A DNA stretch of 63,105 nt, counting the filler, from a bacterium (GTDB taxonomy: Bacteria > UBP15 > UBA6099 > JAJRTR01), in NCBI GenBank assembly GCA_024278215.1. It is 5 parts of 5 records of this genome, joined end to end, with 100 filler letters (N's around TTAATTAATTAA, not from the genome) between each part and the next. Parts side by side here need not be neighbours in the genome. Positions count along the whole stretch, not along the records: positions 22,527 to 38,485 come from JAJRTR010000099.1; positions 38,586 to 57,821 come from JAJRTR010000104.1; 3 more parts are not named here. One strand, given 5' to 3'. Below the pieces are notes generated by a model. It was not told the DNA's origin. It saw nothing but the letters and a program-made list of their open reading frames with translations, and did not search any database. Positions 30,259-39,193 of this stretch are shown one piece after another (within the stretch, counting starts at the first letter, position 1; the number at the start of each line of letters is the position of its first letter). The position numbers and the translations under genes are program-made.

Positions 30259-31332
30259 TTATTCTTCGAGGAAGCGTTTGAGTTTTTTCGTTGCGCAGGC
30301 GTGTTTGAGCTTGCGCAGCGCTTTGGCTTCGATCTGCCTGATGCGCTCGCGGGTGACACCGAATTCGTTGCCGACGACTTCGAGTGTGCGCGGGTGGCCG
30401 TCGATGAGGCCGAACCGGAGTTCGAGCACGCGCCTTTCGCGGAAACCGATGGTGCTGAGCATCTGGCGTATCTCATCCTTGAGTGCGGTGTAGGAAGCGC
30501 ATTCGTCGGTGCGCGGGCTGCGCTTGTCCTCGATGAAGTCTATGAGATGGCTGTCCTCGTCGTCGCCGACTGATGTGTCGAGCGAGATGGGAACTTTGGA
30601 TATTTTGATCATTTCCCTGATTTTGCTCTCGGGCATGTCGGTGTGTTTCGAGAGTTCGGCACCTGTGGCTTCGCGACCCAGCTCCTGGCTGAGTTGACGC
30701 GAGGTTTTTATGAGTCTGCGTATGGCGTCGGCCATGTGGATGGGTTTGCGGATCGTCGCGCCCTGATCTGCGATGCCGCGGATGATGCTCTGGCGTATCC
30801 ACCATGTAGCATAGGTGCTGAAGCGGGTGCCTTTGCGGTAGTCGTATTTCTCGACGGCGCGCATAAGACCGAGGTTGCCTTCCTGGATCAGGTCGAGAAA
30901 CGACATGTCGACGTGGCCGACGTATTTCTTTGCGATGGAGACAACCAGCCTGAGATTCGCTTCTATCAGCTTTGCCTGTGCCGTTTCGTCGCCCAGCTCG
31001 ATGCGTTTGGCCAGTTCGATCTCTTCTTCATGGGTCAGGAGCGACACGCGGCCCACATCTTTCATGTACAGTTGGATGGAATCATCTATCGGCGCGTCGG
31101 CTTCTATCACCGGCGGCTTCAATTCGGGTTTTTCATCGTCACCGTATATAAGCGGTTTTCCGTTTTCGTCGATGATCTTTATCCCTTTGGCGATGAACTT
31201 ATTCATGATGTCCTCGACATCGACCTCGTGCAGGCTTTCGTCGAGACAGATGATATCCACTATATCATCATAATTTACATATCCCCTGACATTTGATTCT
31301 TTCAGGAGCCTGTCAATTTCATTATCAGCCAT
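30259..31332 (-). CDS. RpoD/SigA-like sigma-70 factor (possibly a paralogue)
   Basis: [51 protein letters not shown]. Confidence 0.9.
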   Translation of the reverse strand: MADNEIDRLLKESNVRGYVNYDDIVDIICLDESLHEVDVEDIMNKFIAKGIKIIDENGKPLIYGDDEKPELKPPVIEADAPIDDSIQLYMKDVGRVSLLTHEEEIELAKRIELGDETAQAKLIEANLRLVVSIAKKYVGHVDMSFLDLIQEGNLGLMRAVEKYDYRKGTRFSTYATWWIRQSIIRGIADQGATIRKPIHMADAIRRLIKTSRQLSQELGREATGAELSKHTDMPESKIREMIKISKVPISLDTSVGDDEDSHLIDFIEDKRSPRTDECASYTALKDEIRQMLSTIGFRERRVLELRFGLIDGHPRTLEVVGNEFGVTRERIRQIEAKALRKLKHACATKKLKRFLEE

Positions 31333-31663
31333 TATTGTAAGCCGCCTGTTTCCATTTTATAATAATATCCGTCTGTAAACGCTGCAAGTGAAATTTCTTG
31401 TTTTCGCCACAATATCGACTGCACGATCAATTTTATCGAAGTTCCTGATAGTCAAAAGAAAAAAACTCTGTTATAATGCCTTCCGACATTTCCTGACAAC
31501 GGGCCGACCGCAGGCATTGGCGTTTTTATCAGGGGTGAAGGGGTTTTTCGTTCCACCGTTTTTCATTGTTTTCGGAGTGACAGGGTTCTCTTCTTCCGGT
31601 TTTTCGACATCTTTTCCTGCGACCGTTGTCCCGCACATTCGCTATAAAGGGCGGCAGAAAATA

Positions 31664-32737
31664 ATGTTTAGACATCCACTCATATTATCCGCGTTTCTAT
31701 TGTTTTTTTTACCCGCTATTGCTTTTTCACAAACATCAAACAAGAATGATATTCCCGACAACAGGATGAACGCCCTGATATCAGAACTCAAAGTGCTTTC
31801 CACCGATCTTGCCGAGTGGAACACGGCATCACAGGTTTTTATTGCCCGCCTCGATTCCATCATCGCCAGATACGAGACACGCACCTGCCCCCCCGACTTC
31901 GAAGGGTTGCTCGGCGAGCTCGACGCATTCGTGTCGGAAATCGCTGTTGCGCAACAAAAGGCGGCAGAACTCAAACGTCGAAGAGCCGTCGTTGTTTCCG
32001 CACTGGAATCGGCTGAAAAACAGCACGACGGCGCAAAAGCGAATTTGCTCAAAAGCAAACTCGCCACCATTGATGCCGGGATTTTCAAAATCGAGTCGAA
32101 AGGCGCGATTATACACCCCGACTGGTTCAAGGCCTTCCGGAAAATTTTCATGAAATATATGGTCGATACATGCCCCGGCGACATGGTCTTTATCGAGGGT
32201 ATTTTCTGCATCGATAAATACGAATACCCCAACAGGAAAGATGCTGTCCCCGCTATGAACATCTCATATCCTGAAGCCGCCGCCGCCTGTCGCGCCGAAG
32301 GCAAAAGACTATGCACACAGCTCGAGTGGGCGCGTGCCTGCCTCGGCCCGAAATGTCTTTATAACCATGAAGCGCTCAAAGACATAAGTCCCTCGGACTG
32401 CAATGCCGGGCTCGACATCTTCCGCAGCCGCGCTCCATACCCTTCCGGCGACCGCCCCGAATGCGACACCTCGGAAGGTGTCTCCGAAATATACGGTAAC
32501 GTATGGGAATGGACATCCGGGGAATATCACAACAGATATCGAGTTGTGCGCGGCGGCGCGGCCTCACGCGACCGCATGTTGTCTTGCGGTAATTCCACCT
32601 GGGCCGAGCCGACAGCGCGTGAACCATACTTCGGGTTCCGCTGCTGCGCCGACCCCGCTCCGCCTCCGCCCGAACCGGCGGCACCGGCACCGTCGGCAAC
32701 GCCTGCCACAGGTACAACCACTGTCCCTGCCGAATAA
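31664..32737 (+). CDS. Exported coiled-coil + FGE-sulfatase (SUMF1-like) domain protein
   Basis: Signal peptide; CPGDMV, FCIDKYEYPN, GNVWEWT, GFRCC. Confidence 0.85.
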   Translation: MFRHPLILSAFLLFFLPAIAFSQTSNKNDIPDNRMNALISELKVLSTDLAEWNTASQVFIARLDSIIARYETRTCPPDFEGLLGELDAFVSEIAVAQQKAAELKRRRAVVVSALESAEKQHDGAKANLLKSKLATIDAGIFKIESKGAIIHPDWFKAFRKIFMKYMVDTCPGDMVFIEGIFCIDKYEYPNRKDAVPAMNISYPEAAAACRAEGKRLCTQLEWARACLGPKCLYNHEALKDISPSDCNAGLDIFRSRAPYPSGDRPECDTSEGVSEIYGNVWEWTSGEYHNRYRVVRGGAASRDRMLSCGNSTWAEPTAREPYFGFRCCADPAPPPPEPAAPAPSATPATGTTTVPAE

Positions 32738-32778
32738 CCCGCATATTCCCCGGAGTTCTTTGTGAGAAATCCGGGATA
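32735..32778. repeat. Short TAACCCG-type palindromic repeat (family C); related copies near 1209, 1358, 33049, 49985, 59461
   Basis: TAACCCGCATATT / GGATTTCTTTGTGAGAAATCCGGG motifs recurring in intergenic DNA. Confidence 0.55.
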
Positions 32779-32824
32779 ACCGCACTCCAAAACGCTTCGT
32801 GCTCTAAAGCAAGCAGTATCGGGG

Positions 32825-32998
32825 TTATCGCAACGACTCGAGTTCGGACTTTAATTCGTCGAGTCTGTCCTCGAGTTCTTCGAGCGCCATGAGCTGATGC
32901 GGCCTGACCGTGTGAGCCGGCATCCTCAGCTTCGCGTCTTCGAGTTCCAACGCTGTCTTTCTGATGTCTTCTTCAATTTCTTTTTTCGTTCTCGCCAT
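32825..32998 (-). CDS. 57-aa coiled-coil hypothetical protein (absent from the ORF track)
   Basis: MARTKKEIEEDIRKTALELEDAKLRMPAHTVRPHQLMALEELEDRLDELKSELESLR; purine-rich RBS-like GAGAGA upstream. Confidence 0.65.
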   Translation of the reverse strand: MARTKKEIEEDIRKTALELEDAKLRMPAHTVRPHQLMALEELEDRLDELKSELESLR

Positions 32999-33214
32999 AA
33001 AGTGTTTCTCTCATTGATTATGTATTGGTAAACCGTACACGACAACAGTAACCCGCATATTTCACAAATGCGGGTGAAAAACCGGAAGAATGCCCATAAT
33101 ACATCGTAACTGCCGACTCTGTGAACAGTTTACATGAAATACCCGATGAATAGAACGGATAGAATCTCTCGGACTCCACTCAGAGGTAATCAGGCAAAAA
33201 GAAAACATTCCCCC

Positions 33215-33328
33215 AAACTGAAAGACGCGCTTCAGGTAGCGCGTCAGGATGCTTGATTCCTCAAGCATTGCCCGCGACTGAAAAGTCTTGCTGTGAGTTG
33301 CAAGGTAATCGTCGCTCAGATACAATAT
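33215..33328 (-). ncRNA. tracrRNA of the type II-C system
   Basis: Anti-repeat ATTGTATCTGAGCGACGATTACCTTGCAACTCACAGC (33326-33290), nexus-like AAGAC-TTTTCA-GTC, hairpins ATGCTTGA-GGAA-TCAAGCAT and GACGCGCT-ACCTGA-AGCGCGTC-TTT. Confidence 0.88.
33298..33326 (+). promoter_or_regulatory. Predicted cas9 promoter embedded in the anti-repeat
   Basis: TTGCAA-N17-TACAAT ending 47 nt before the cas9 ATG. Confidence 0.55.
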
Positions 33329-33334
33329 GTGCAT

Positions 33335-33363
33335 AGAATATCAATATTTCAATAAATTGTCAA
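33335..33363 (-). promoter_or_regulatory. Predicted tracrRNA promoter
   Basis: TTGACA-N17-TATTCT with extended -10 TG; predicted start just 5' of the anti-repeat. Confidence 0.75.
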
Positions 33364-33373
33364 GGGGATAATT

Positions 33374-36300
33374 ATGAATAACAATCAAGGTAATAACGTG
33401 GAAAAAATTCTCGGACTGGATATGGGCCCTAATTCCATCGGATGGGCACTGATCGAAAAGGATAGTGGCGGTTTCAAAAAGCTCATCGACATCGGTGTCA
33501 GGGTCTTCGAAGCCGGTGTCGATGATGACATTGATTCAGGTAAAGACAAATCACGTGCCACCGCCCGTCGCGAGGCCAGGCTCCACCGCCGACAGCTCGC
33601 TCGCCGCGCCCGCCGCATGTCTCTGCTGGCGGCGAAACTTCAGCATTATGGCCTGCTGCCACAGGGGGATCTCTCGACCCCGGAATCGACCAGGGCATTT
33701 TTTGACAAACTCGATTCGGACCTGTCGCTCGGCATCCCCGACCCGGCGCTGATTCCCTATATACTGCGGACGCGCGCACTCGACAACGAGCAGAACCCAC
33801 ACGCAACAGGACGCGCTCTCTATCACCTCGCTCAGCGGCGCGGCTATCTCTCCAACCGCAAAGTCGAGTCCAAAGAGGCAGAGAAAGAAAACAAGATTGT
33901 CGAAAAAAGCATCGGTGAACTAAAAGAAAAGATGAAAGAATGCGGCGTGCGCACGCTCGGCGAATACTTCTCGAAACTCGACCCCCGCGAAAAACGCATC
34001 AGGCAGCGATACCTGGGCCGCGATATGGTCCTCGCCGAGTTCAACTCGATATGGGATACGCAGAGCAGGCATCATCCTGAAATATTCACAGACGAGGCAA
34101 GACGCGAAATACATCTCGCAATCTTCTTTCAGCGCCCCTTGAAAAGCAACAGCGGCTCCATCGGCAAATGTGAGTTCGAGAACCGGCGCCGCGCTCCGCT
34201 CGCACTGCTCATTTCCCAGCGTTTCCGGCTCCTTCAGCGGGTTAATGACCTGCGCGTCGTTTCACCGGAAGGAATATCAAGACCGCTTACAGAGGCGGAA
34301 CGCGCCGCCGCGCTCGATGTCCTCGAATTCACGGGCACAATGAAATTCACTGCACTTAGAAAAAAACTCAATCTACAGAAATTCAAATTCAATTTCGAAT
34401 TGTCCGGCGAAAAAGGCGAAAAGGGAGAAATTTACGGCAACAGGACTTCCGCCAAACTCGCCCGCATCTTCGGCAAGGAACTCTGGCGTGCTTATCCTGA
34501 TGCAACGAAAGAAAAAATAATTCACGACATCCGTTCCATAAGAAAACACGAAGCAAGAAAAAAAGTTGCCGTCGAACGCTGGGGACTTACAGCGGAAAAA
34601 GCAGAAGAATTCGCAAAAGTATTGCTTGAAGAAGGATATATCGCTCTTTCTCGCGCCGCTCTCGAAAAACTCGTTCCACTGCTCGAAAAAGGTGTTTCAT
34701 ACTCGACCGCCGTAAAGGAGATTTATCCCCGCGCGACTGATAAACCCCTCGACTTTCTGCCTTCTCAATACTCGCGGCTCACTCCCGATGTGAACAATCC
34801 CGCTGTGCGCCGCACTCTCACCGAGCTGCGCAAGGTCGTCAACGCGATTGTCCGCAAACACGGCAAACCCGACATTATCCGTGTCGAACTCGCACGCAAC
34901 CTCAAACAAAACCGCAAAAAGAGAAAAGCTGTTTTCGACGCGAATAATAAGAGACGGGGAAACAGAAAACGAATAAAGAAAAAACTCGAGGAGGAATCCG
35001 CAAAATACTGGAGCAACTGGGACATCAAACGCTCGGACATAGAAAAATGGCAGCTCGCCGAAGAATGCGGCATGATATGCCCTTACACCGGCAAACAGAT
35101 GGGGTTCCGCTCTCTCTTTGTCGAGCCGCAGTTCGACATAGAACACATAATCCCTTTCAGCCGCAGCCTCGACAACTCGTTTCTCAACAAGACGCTCTGC
35201 TATCACGAGGAAAACAGAAATGTCAAACGCAATCAGACCCCCTGGGAAGCCTACGGCGACACCGACAAATGGGACGGGATCATAAACCGCGTCAAGAAAT
35301 TCAAAGGGGATGCCAGACAGGCGAAACTTCGCAAGTTCCAGACAAAAAAAGTCGATCTCTCCGACTTCACCAGCAGACAGCTCAACGACACGCGCTACGC
35401 ATCGAAACTCGCTATGCGCTATCTCGGGCTTCTTTACGCTTCCGGCAGCGAGGGCTACGATCTCGAAGGCCGCCGCCGCGTCCAGGCATCTTCCGGCGGC
35501 GTCACCTTCTTCCTGCGTAATCTCCACGGCCTCAACTCCGTGCTCGCGCCCGGCCCGGCGAAAACCCGCGAAGACCATCGCCACCATGCCATCGACGCCG
35601 TCTGCGTCGCGCTCGCCGAACCCGCCACTGTAAAACTGCTCGGCGACGCCGCCGAACAGGCCGAGAAAAAACATGCCGTGAAGAACTTCGACCCCGCCAT
35701 TATTTCCGAGCCGTGGCCCGGCTTCAAATATGACATAAGCACCGCCGTTAAATCCGTTATCACCTCTCACGCTCCGCAGCGCAAAGTCAACAAAGCCCTG
35801 CACAAAGAGACTATTTACAGCAAAATCCACACAGACGAAGACGGCGAACAATGTGTGCATATCCGCAAAAAGATCGAAAACCTTACTCAGAAGATGATTA
35901 AGGATATCGTGGACCCTGTCGTCAAAGAAAAAGTCATCGACGCGCTCGGCGGCGGCAATCCCGCGCAAGTCTTCAAAGACCCCGCCAACCACCCATTCTT
36001 CGAGACAAAAGACGGAAGAATAATACCGATTCACAGCGTCAAGGTAAGTGTTAAAAAAACAATAACAAAGATCGGCAAAGGCATTAAAGGCAGAAACGTC
36101 GTTACTTCGTCCAACCACCATATCGAAATATTCGAGGTACCCGCGAAAAAGAACAAAACCAAATGGGTCGGCCGCATCGTTTCCACCCTTGAAGCGATGG
36201 ACCGCCTGCGCCGTAAAGCGCCTGTCGTAGATCGTGAGCCCGGCGAAGACCCCAGGTTCAAAAACGGCAGATTCCTGTTCTCACTCTGTGGTGGCGACAT

Positions 36301-36556
36301 CATCCGCATCGGCCACGACGACATCGAATTGCTGGACGAAAATGGCAAGGACGATCTCTCCTGCCTCTACAGGGTGCGCACTGTGACAATACAGGGAGGC
36401 GGAATGTTAACATGCGTCAGGATCAACGACGCACGGCCCAAGAAAGAAATCGGCAAAGAAGATATGTATTGGCCATCGGTTTCAGTTCTTAAAAGGGACG
36501 GCTGCCGGAAGGTAAACGTTACGCCGCTCGGGGAGGTGATCCCGGCTAATGATTGA
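33374..36556 (+). CDS. cas9: Type II-C CRISPR nuclease Cas9 (1060 aa)
   Basis: RuvC-I LGLDMGPNSIGWA, Arg-rich bridge helix, HLAQRRG, RuvC-II IRVELAR, HNH DIEHIIPFSRSLDNSFLNK, RuvC-III DHRHHAIDA. Confidence 0.97.
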   Translation: MNNNQGNNVEKILGLDMGPNSIGWALIEKDSGGFKKLIDIGVRVFEAGVDDDIDSGKDKSRATARREARLHRRQLARRARRMSLLAAKLQHYGLLPQGDLSTPESTRAFFDKLDSDLSLGIPDPALIPYILRTRALDNEQNPHATGRALYHLAQRRGYLSNRKVESKEAEKENKIVEKSIGELKEKMKECGVRTLGEYFSKLDPREKRIRQRYLGRDMVLAEFNSIWDTQSRHHPEIFTDEARREIHLAIFFQRPLKSNSGSIGKCEFENRRRAPLALLISQRFRLLQRVNDLRVVSPEGISRPLTEAERAAALDVLEFTGTMKFTALRKKLNLQKFKFNFELSGEKGEKGEIYGNRTSAKLARIFGKELWRAYPDATKEKIIHDIRSIRKHEARKKVAVERWGLTAEKAEEFAKVLLEEGYIALSRAALEKLVPLLEKGVSYSTAVKEIYPRATDKPLDFLPSQYSRLTPDVNNPAVRRTLTELRKVVNAIVRKHGKPDIIRVELARNLKQNRKKRKAVFDANNKRRGNRKRIKKKLEEESAKYWSNWDIKRSDIEKWQLAEECGMICPYTGKQMGFRSLFVEPQFDIEHIIPFSRSLDNSFLNKTLCYHEENRNVKRNQTPWEAYGDTDKWDGIINRVKKFKGDARQAKLRKFQTKKVDLSDFTSRQLNDTRYASKLAMRYLGLLYASGSEGYDLEGRRRVQASSGGVTFFLRNLHGLNSVLAPGPAKTREDHRHHAIDAVCVALAEPATVKLLGDAAEQAEKKHAVKNFDPAIISEPWPGFKYDISTAVKSVITSHAPQRKVNKALHKETIYSKIHTDEDGEQCVHIRKKIENLTQKMIKDIVDPVVKEKVIDALGGGNPAQVFKDPANHPFFETKDGRIIPIHSVKVSVKKTITKIGKGIKGRNVVTSSNHHIEIFEVPAKKNKTKWVGRIVSTLEAMDRLRRKAPVVDREPGEDPRFKNGRFLFSLCGGDIIRIGHDDIELLDENGKDDLSCLYRVRTVTIQGGGMLTCVRINDARPKKEIGKEDMYWPSVSVLKRDGCRKVNVTPLGEVIPAND

Positions 36557-37508
36557 GCGAGTGATCGACATCACGGAAACCGCTGTGCATCTTTCCACAA
36601 AAGGAGCTCTGCTCGCTGTCACGAAGAAAGACGCCGACACCTTGAAGCCGCGACCGCGCGGCGCACGCGCACACGACCCGGCAAACCCGCCACCCGCCGA
36701 AACTACTATCCCCTTCGAGGAGATAGCCGCCGTAGTCGCCGCGCATCCGCACATCACTTTCAGCAGGGCGGCCGTCTCCGATCTTGCCGCCGCGGGCGCT
36801 ATCCTCGTCGTCTGCGACGACAGATTCACTCCTTCCGCCATGATGCTGCCACTTGCCGCAAATTTCATACAGACGGAGAGATTCGCCGCACAGGCCGCCG
36901 CGCAACTGCCTGTAAAGAAAAGAGCCTGGCAGAAAATCATCAAAGCAAAAGTCCGGGCACAGGCCAGGCTGCTCAGAGAGGTTCGCGGGAAAGACTTCAG
37001 ACTCGCCTCACTCGCCGAGCGCGTTAAATCCGGCGACAGCGACGGCATCGAAGCGCAGGCCGCACGCGCCTACTGGCCCGCTCTTTTCAATAATCCACAA
37101 TTCCGCAGACACCGCGACGGCGGCGGCCCCAACATCTTTCTCAACTACGGCTACACCATCCTTCGCGCCATCACCGCACGTGCCGTCTGCGCCGCCGGCC
37201 TCCACCCCTCTCTCGGCCTCCACCACCACAACCGCTACGACACCTTCTGCCTCGCCTCCGACCTCATGGAGCCCTTCCGCCCCATCGTCGACCGCGCCTC
37301 CATCAACCTCTACTGGGAAATGGACCTCGAACCCGCCCTCGACTCGAACGCGCGCGCAACCCTCATCCGGTCTCTAACCGACACTCGAATCCTCTACAAA
37401 AAAGAAGAACGCACCATTTTCGATGTACTCAACAAAATCGCCTTCAGCCTTGTTGAAGTATTCGCGGGTAAACGTAAAAACATATCGCTGCCGGAACGAT
37501 TTATCTGA
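36549..37508 (+). CDS. cas1: Type II CRISPR-associated integrase Cas1
   Basis: EAQAARAYW, LNYGYTILRA, GLHHHN, LASDLMEPFRP. Confidence 0.95.
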   Translation: MIERVIDITETAVHLSTKGALLAVTKKDADTLKPRPRGARAHDPANPPPAETTIPFEEIAAVVAAHPHITFSRAAVSDLAAAGAILVVCDDRFTPSAMMLPLAANFIQTERFAAQAAAQLPVKKRAWQKIIKAKVRAQARLLREVRGKDFRLASLAERVKSGDSDGIEAQAARAYWPALFNNPQFRRHRDGGGPNIFLNYGYTILRAITARAVCAAGLHPSLGLHHHNRYDTFCLASDLMEPFRPIVDRASINLYWEMDLEPALDSNARATLIRSLTDTRILYKKEERTIFDVLNKIAFSLVEVFAGKRKNISLPERFI

Positions 37509-37594
37509 ATCCTGGATATAGAAGGGAAAGCATTAAAAAAAGACAAAAACGGCAAAAGAGAATAATGATTTCTGCTTCGCCGAGCCTCCGGCGG

Positions 37595-37626
37595 CTTAAG
37601 ACAACTTCTGAAGAAGTCTTCTTAAG
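37595..37626. repeat. Imperfect palindrome in the cas1-cas2 gap
   Basis: CTTAAGA-CA-ACTTCT-GA-AGAAGT-CT-TCTTAAG. Confidence 0.55.
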
Positions 37627-37734
37627 AATCTTTCAAAACTTTTCAGGTATTGAGAATAAGACAATCAGCAAGTTTTGTACGTATTTATCAGCGTAATCAG
37701 CGTCAATAAAGTTTGCAGAGTATGGAAGATAAAA

Positions 37735-38070
37735 ATGAGACCAGTAGTATCGGAGTACAAAACGATGTGGCTGTTCACAATGTTCGACCTGCCAGTGGAC
37801 TCGAAAGAAGCGAGGAGGGAATACACGCAGTTTCGCAAAACCCTGCTAGGCGAAGGATTCATGATGTTGCAATTTTCTATCTATGTCAGGTTCTGCGCGA
37901 CAGAAGAATCGGCGAAGAAATATCACCGCCGCATCAAAGCCGCACTGCCGCACGAAGGACAGGTGCGGATACTCGCCGTCACCGACAGGCAGTTCGGAAA
38001 AATGGAAGTCTACTTTGGAAAAACGAGGGGAAAGGTCGAGAAAGCGCCCACCCAACTCGTGCTTTTTTAA
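37735..38070 (+). CDS. cas2: CRISPR-associated protein Cas2
   Basis: MWLFTMFDLPV, FRKTLLGEGFMMLQFSIYVR, VTDRQF. Confidence 0.95.
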   Translation: MRPVVSEYKTMWLFTMFDLPVDSKEARREYTQFRKTLLGEGFMMLQFSIYVRFCATEESAKKYHRRIKAALPHEGQVRILAVTDRQFGKMEVYFGKTRGKVEKAPTQLVLF

Positions 38071-38118
38071 CTCGATATTATCAAAAACCCCCTTAAATAC
38101 TATTCCCTTTGCGGGTCT

Positions 38119-38485
38119 ATTGTACCTGAGCGACGACTCCCTGCAAACCACAGTATGACGCCCAGAACGCCCTGCTGAAAATTCATTGTACCTGAGCGAC
38201 GACTCCCTGCAAACCACAGTTTTTTGTTTATATCCCCGCCGGGGCTCGAAATTGTACCTGAGCGACGACTCCCTGCAAACCACAGTATATTATCAGAATG
38301 GGAAACTTGTTAATATAATTGTACCTGAGCGACGACTCCCTGCAAACCACAGTATATGTCTTGACAAACAAAAATAATGTGCTAATTGTACCTGAGCGAC
38401 GACTCCCTGCAAACCACAGTTCTCACGGGCTATGGCTCGCATCATCGGTAATTGTACCTGAGCGACGACTCCCTGCAAACCACAG
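38119..38485 (-). CRISPR. Type II-C array: 6 repeats (36 bp), 5 spacers (30-31 bp), truncated by contig end
   Basis: Plus-strand repeat ATTGTACCTGAGCGACGACTCCCTGCAAACCACAGT at 38119, 38185, 38251, 38318, 38385, 38451; orientation inferred from tracrRNA complementarity and the 3' TACAAT. Confidence 0.97.
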
Positions 38486-38585
38486 NNNNNNNNNNNNNNN
38501 NNNNNNNNNNNNNNNNNNNNNNNNNNNNNTTAATTAATTAANNNNNNNNNNNNNNNNNNNNNNNNNNNNNNNNNNNNNNNNNNNN

Positions 38586-38737
38586 CTGCGGTCGGCTGCT
38601 ATTGTCCATAGCTGCGTTGTCGGCATAAAATCGTCCTCGACGTACTCTACAAGTACGCCTGCGAGGATTTTGCACCTCCGCCTTGCTCTGAACAATTTCG
38701 CTCGACCTCGCTACGAACATAATTTTACAACTGGCTC
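38586..38737 (-). mobile_element. MITE family A, cut by contig start
   Basis: Matches family A body; one TIR present. Confidence 0.85.
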
Positions 38738-39193
38738 AGAATTATAACAAATTTATGTGGATTCAGTAATCTATTCGCAATAATCGCTGCATGTTTGTGA
38801 TTGCAGAAGCTGGAAAATATTGCCAGGTGCTATAAAGGTCAGTGAAAGTGAGTGCTACCCGTTTTGCCGAATAAGAATAAAAGGCCTCTTCGCTATTTGT
38901 TGTGGGTAGAAAAAGAATAGTGCGCCGGCGGTGAAAACGACAATTCGGCAATGACAACTGTGGAGTTTTTCACAAATCCATCGTCCGGAAACCCTTTGAA
39001 ATTGCCGGGAAACGGTGTGTATTGTGGTAAACTCGGATCGATAGCTATGAGTTTTTCGTGCACACCGAAGTTTTTTATGGTGAACGCAGCCCCGGAACGA
39101 TGAAAAAATACTTTTTCGGTGCGGCTTTAGCCGCCTTGTAGTACGACACCTTTTTGGGCTTGCACTCGTTTAATCTGGATCAAGTAAATACAC

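Noticed and set aside
34697-36121. Long antisense ORFs (also 17751-19199, 19681-20940, 52865-53800)
   Set aside because: Shadow frames opposite well-supported genes, with no recognisable motifs.
38083-38537. Short ORFs with repeated LYLSDDSLQTTV peptides
   Set aside because: Translation artefacts of the CRISPR repeats.
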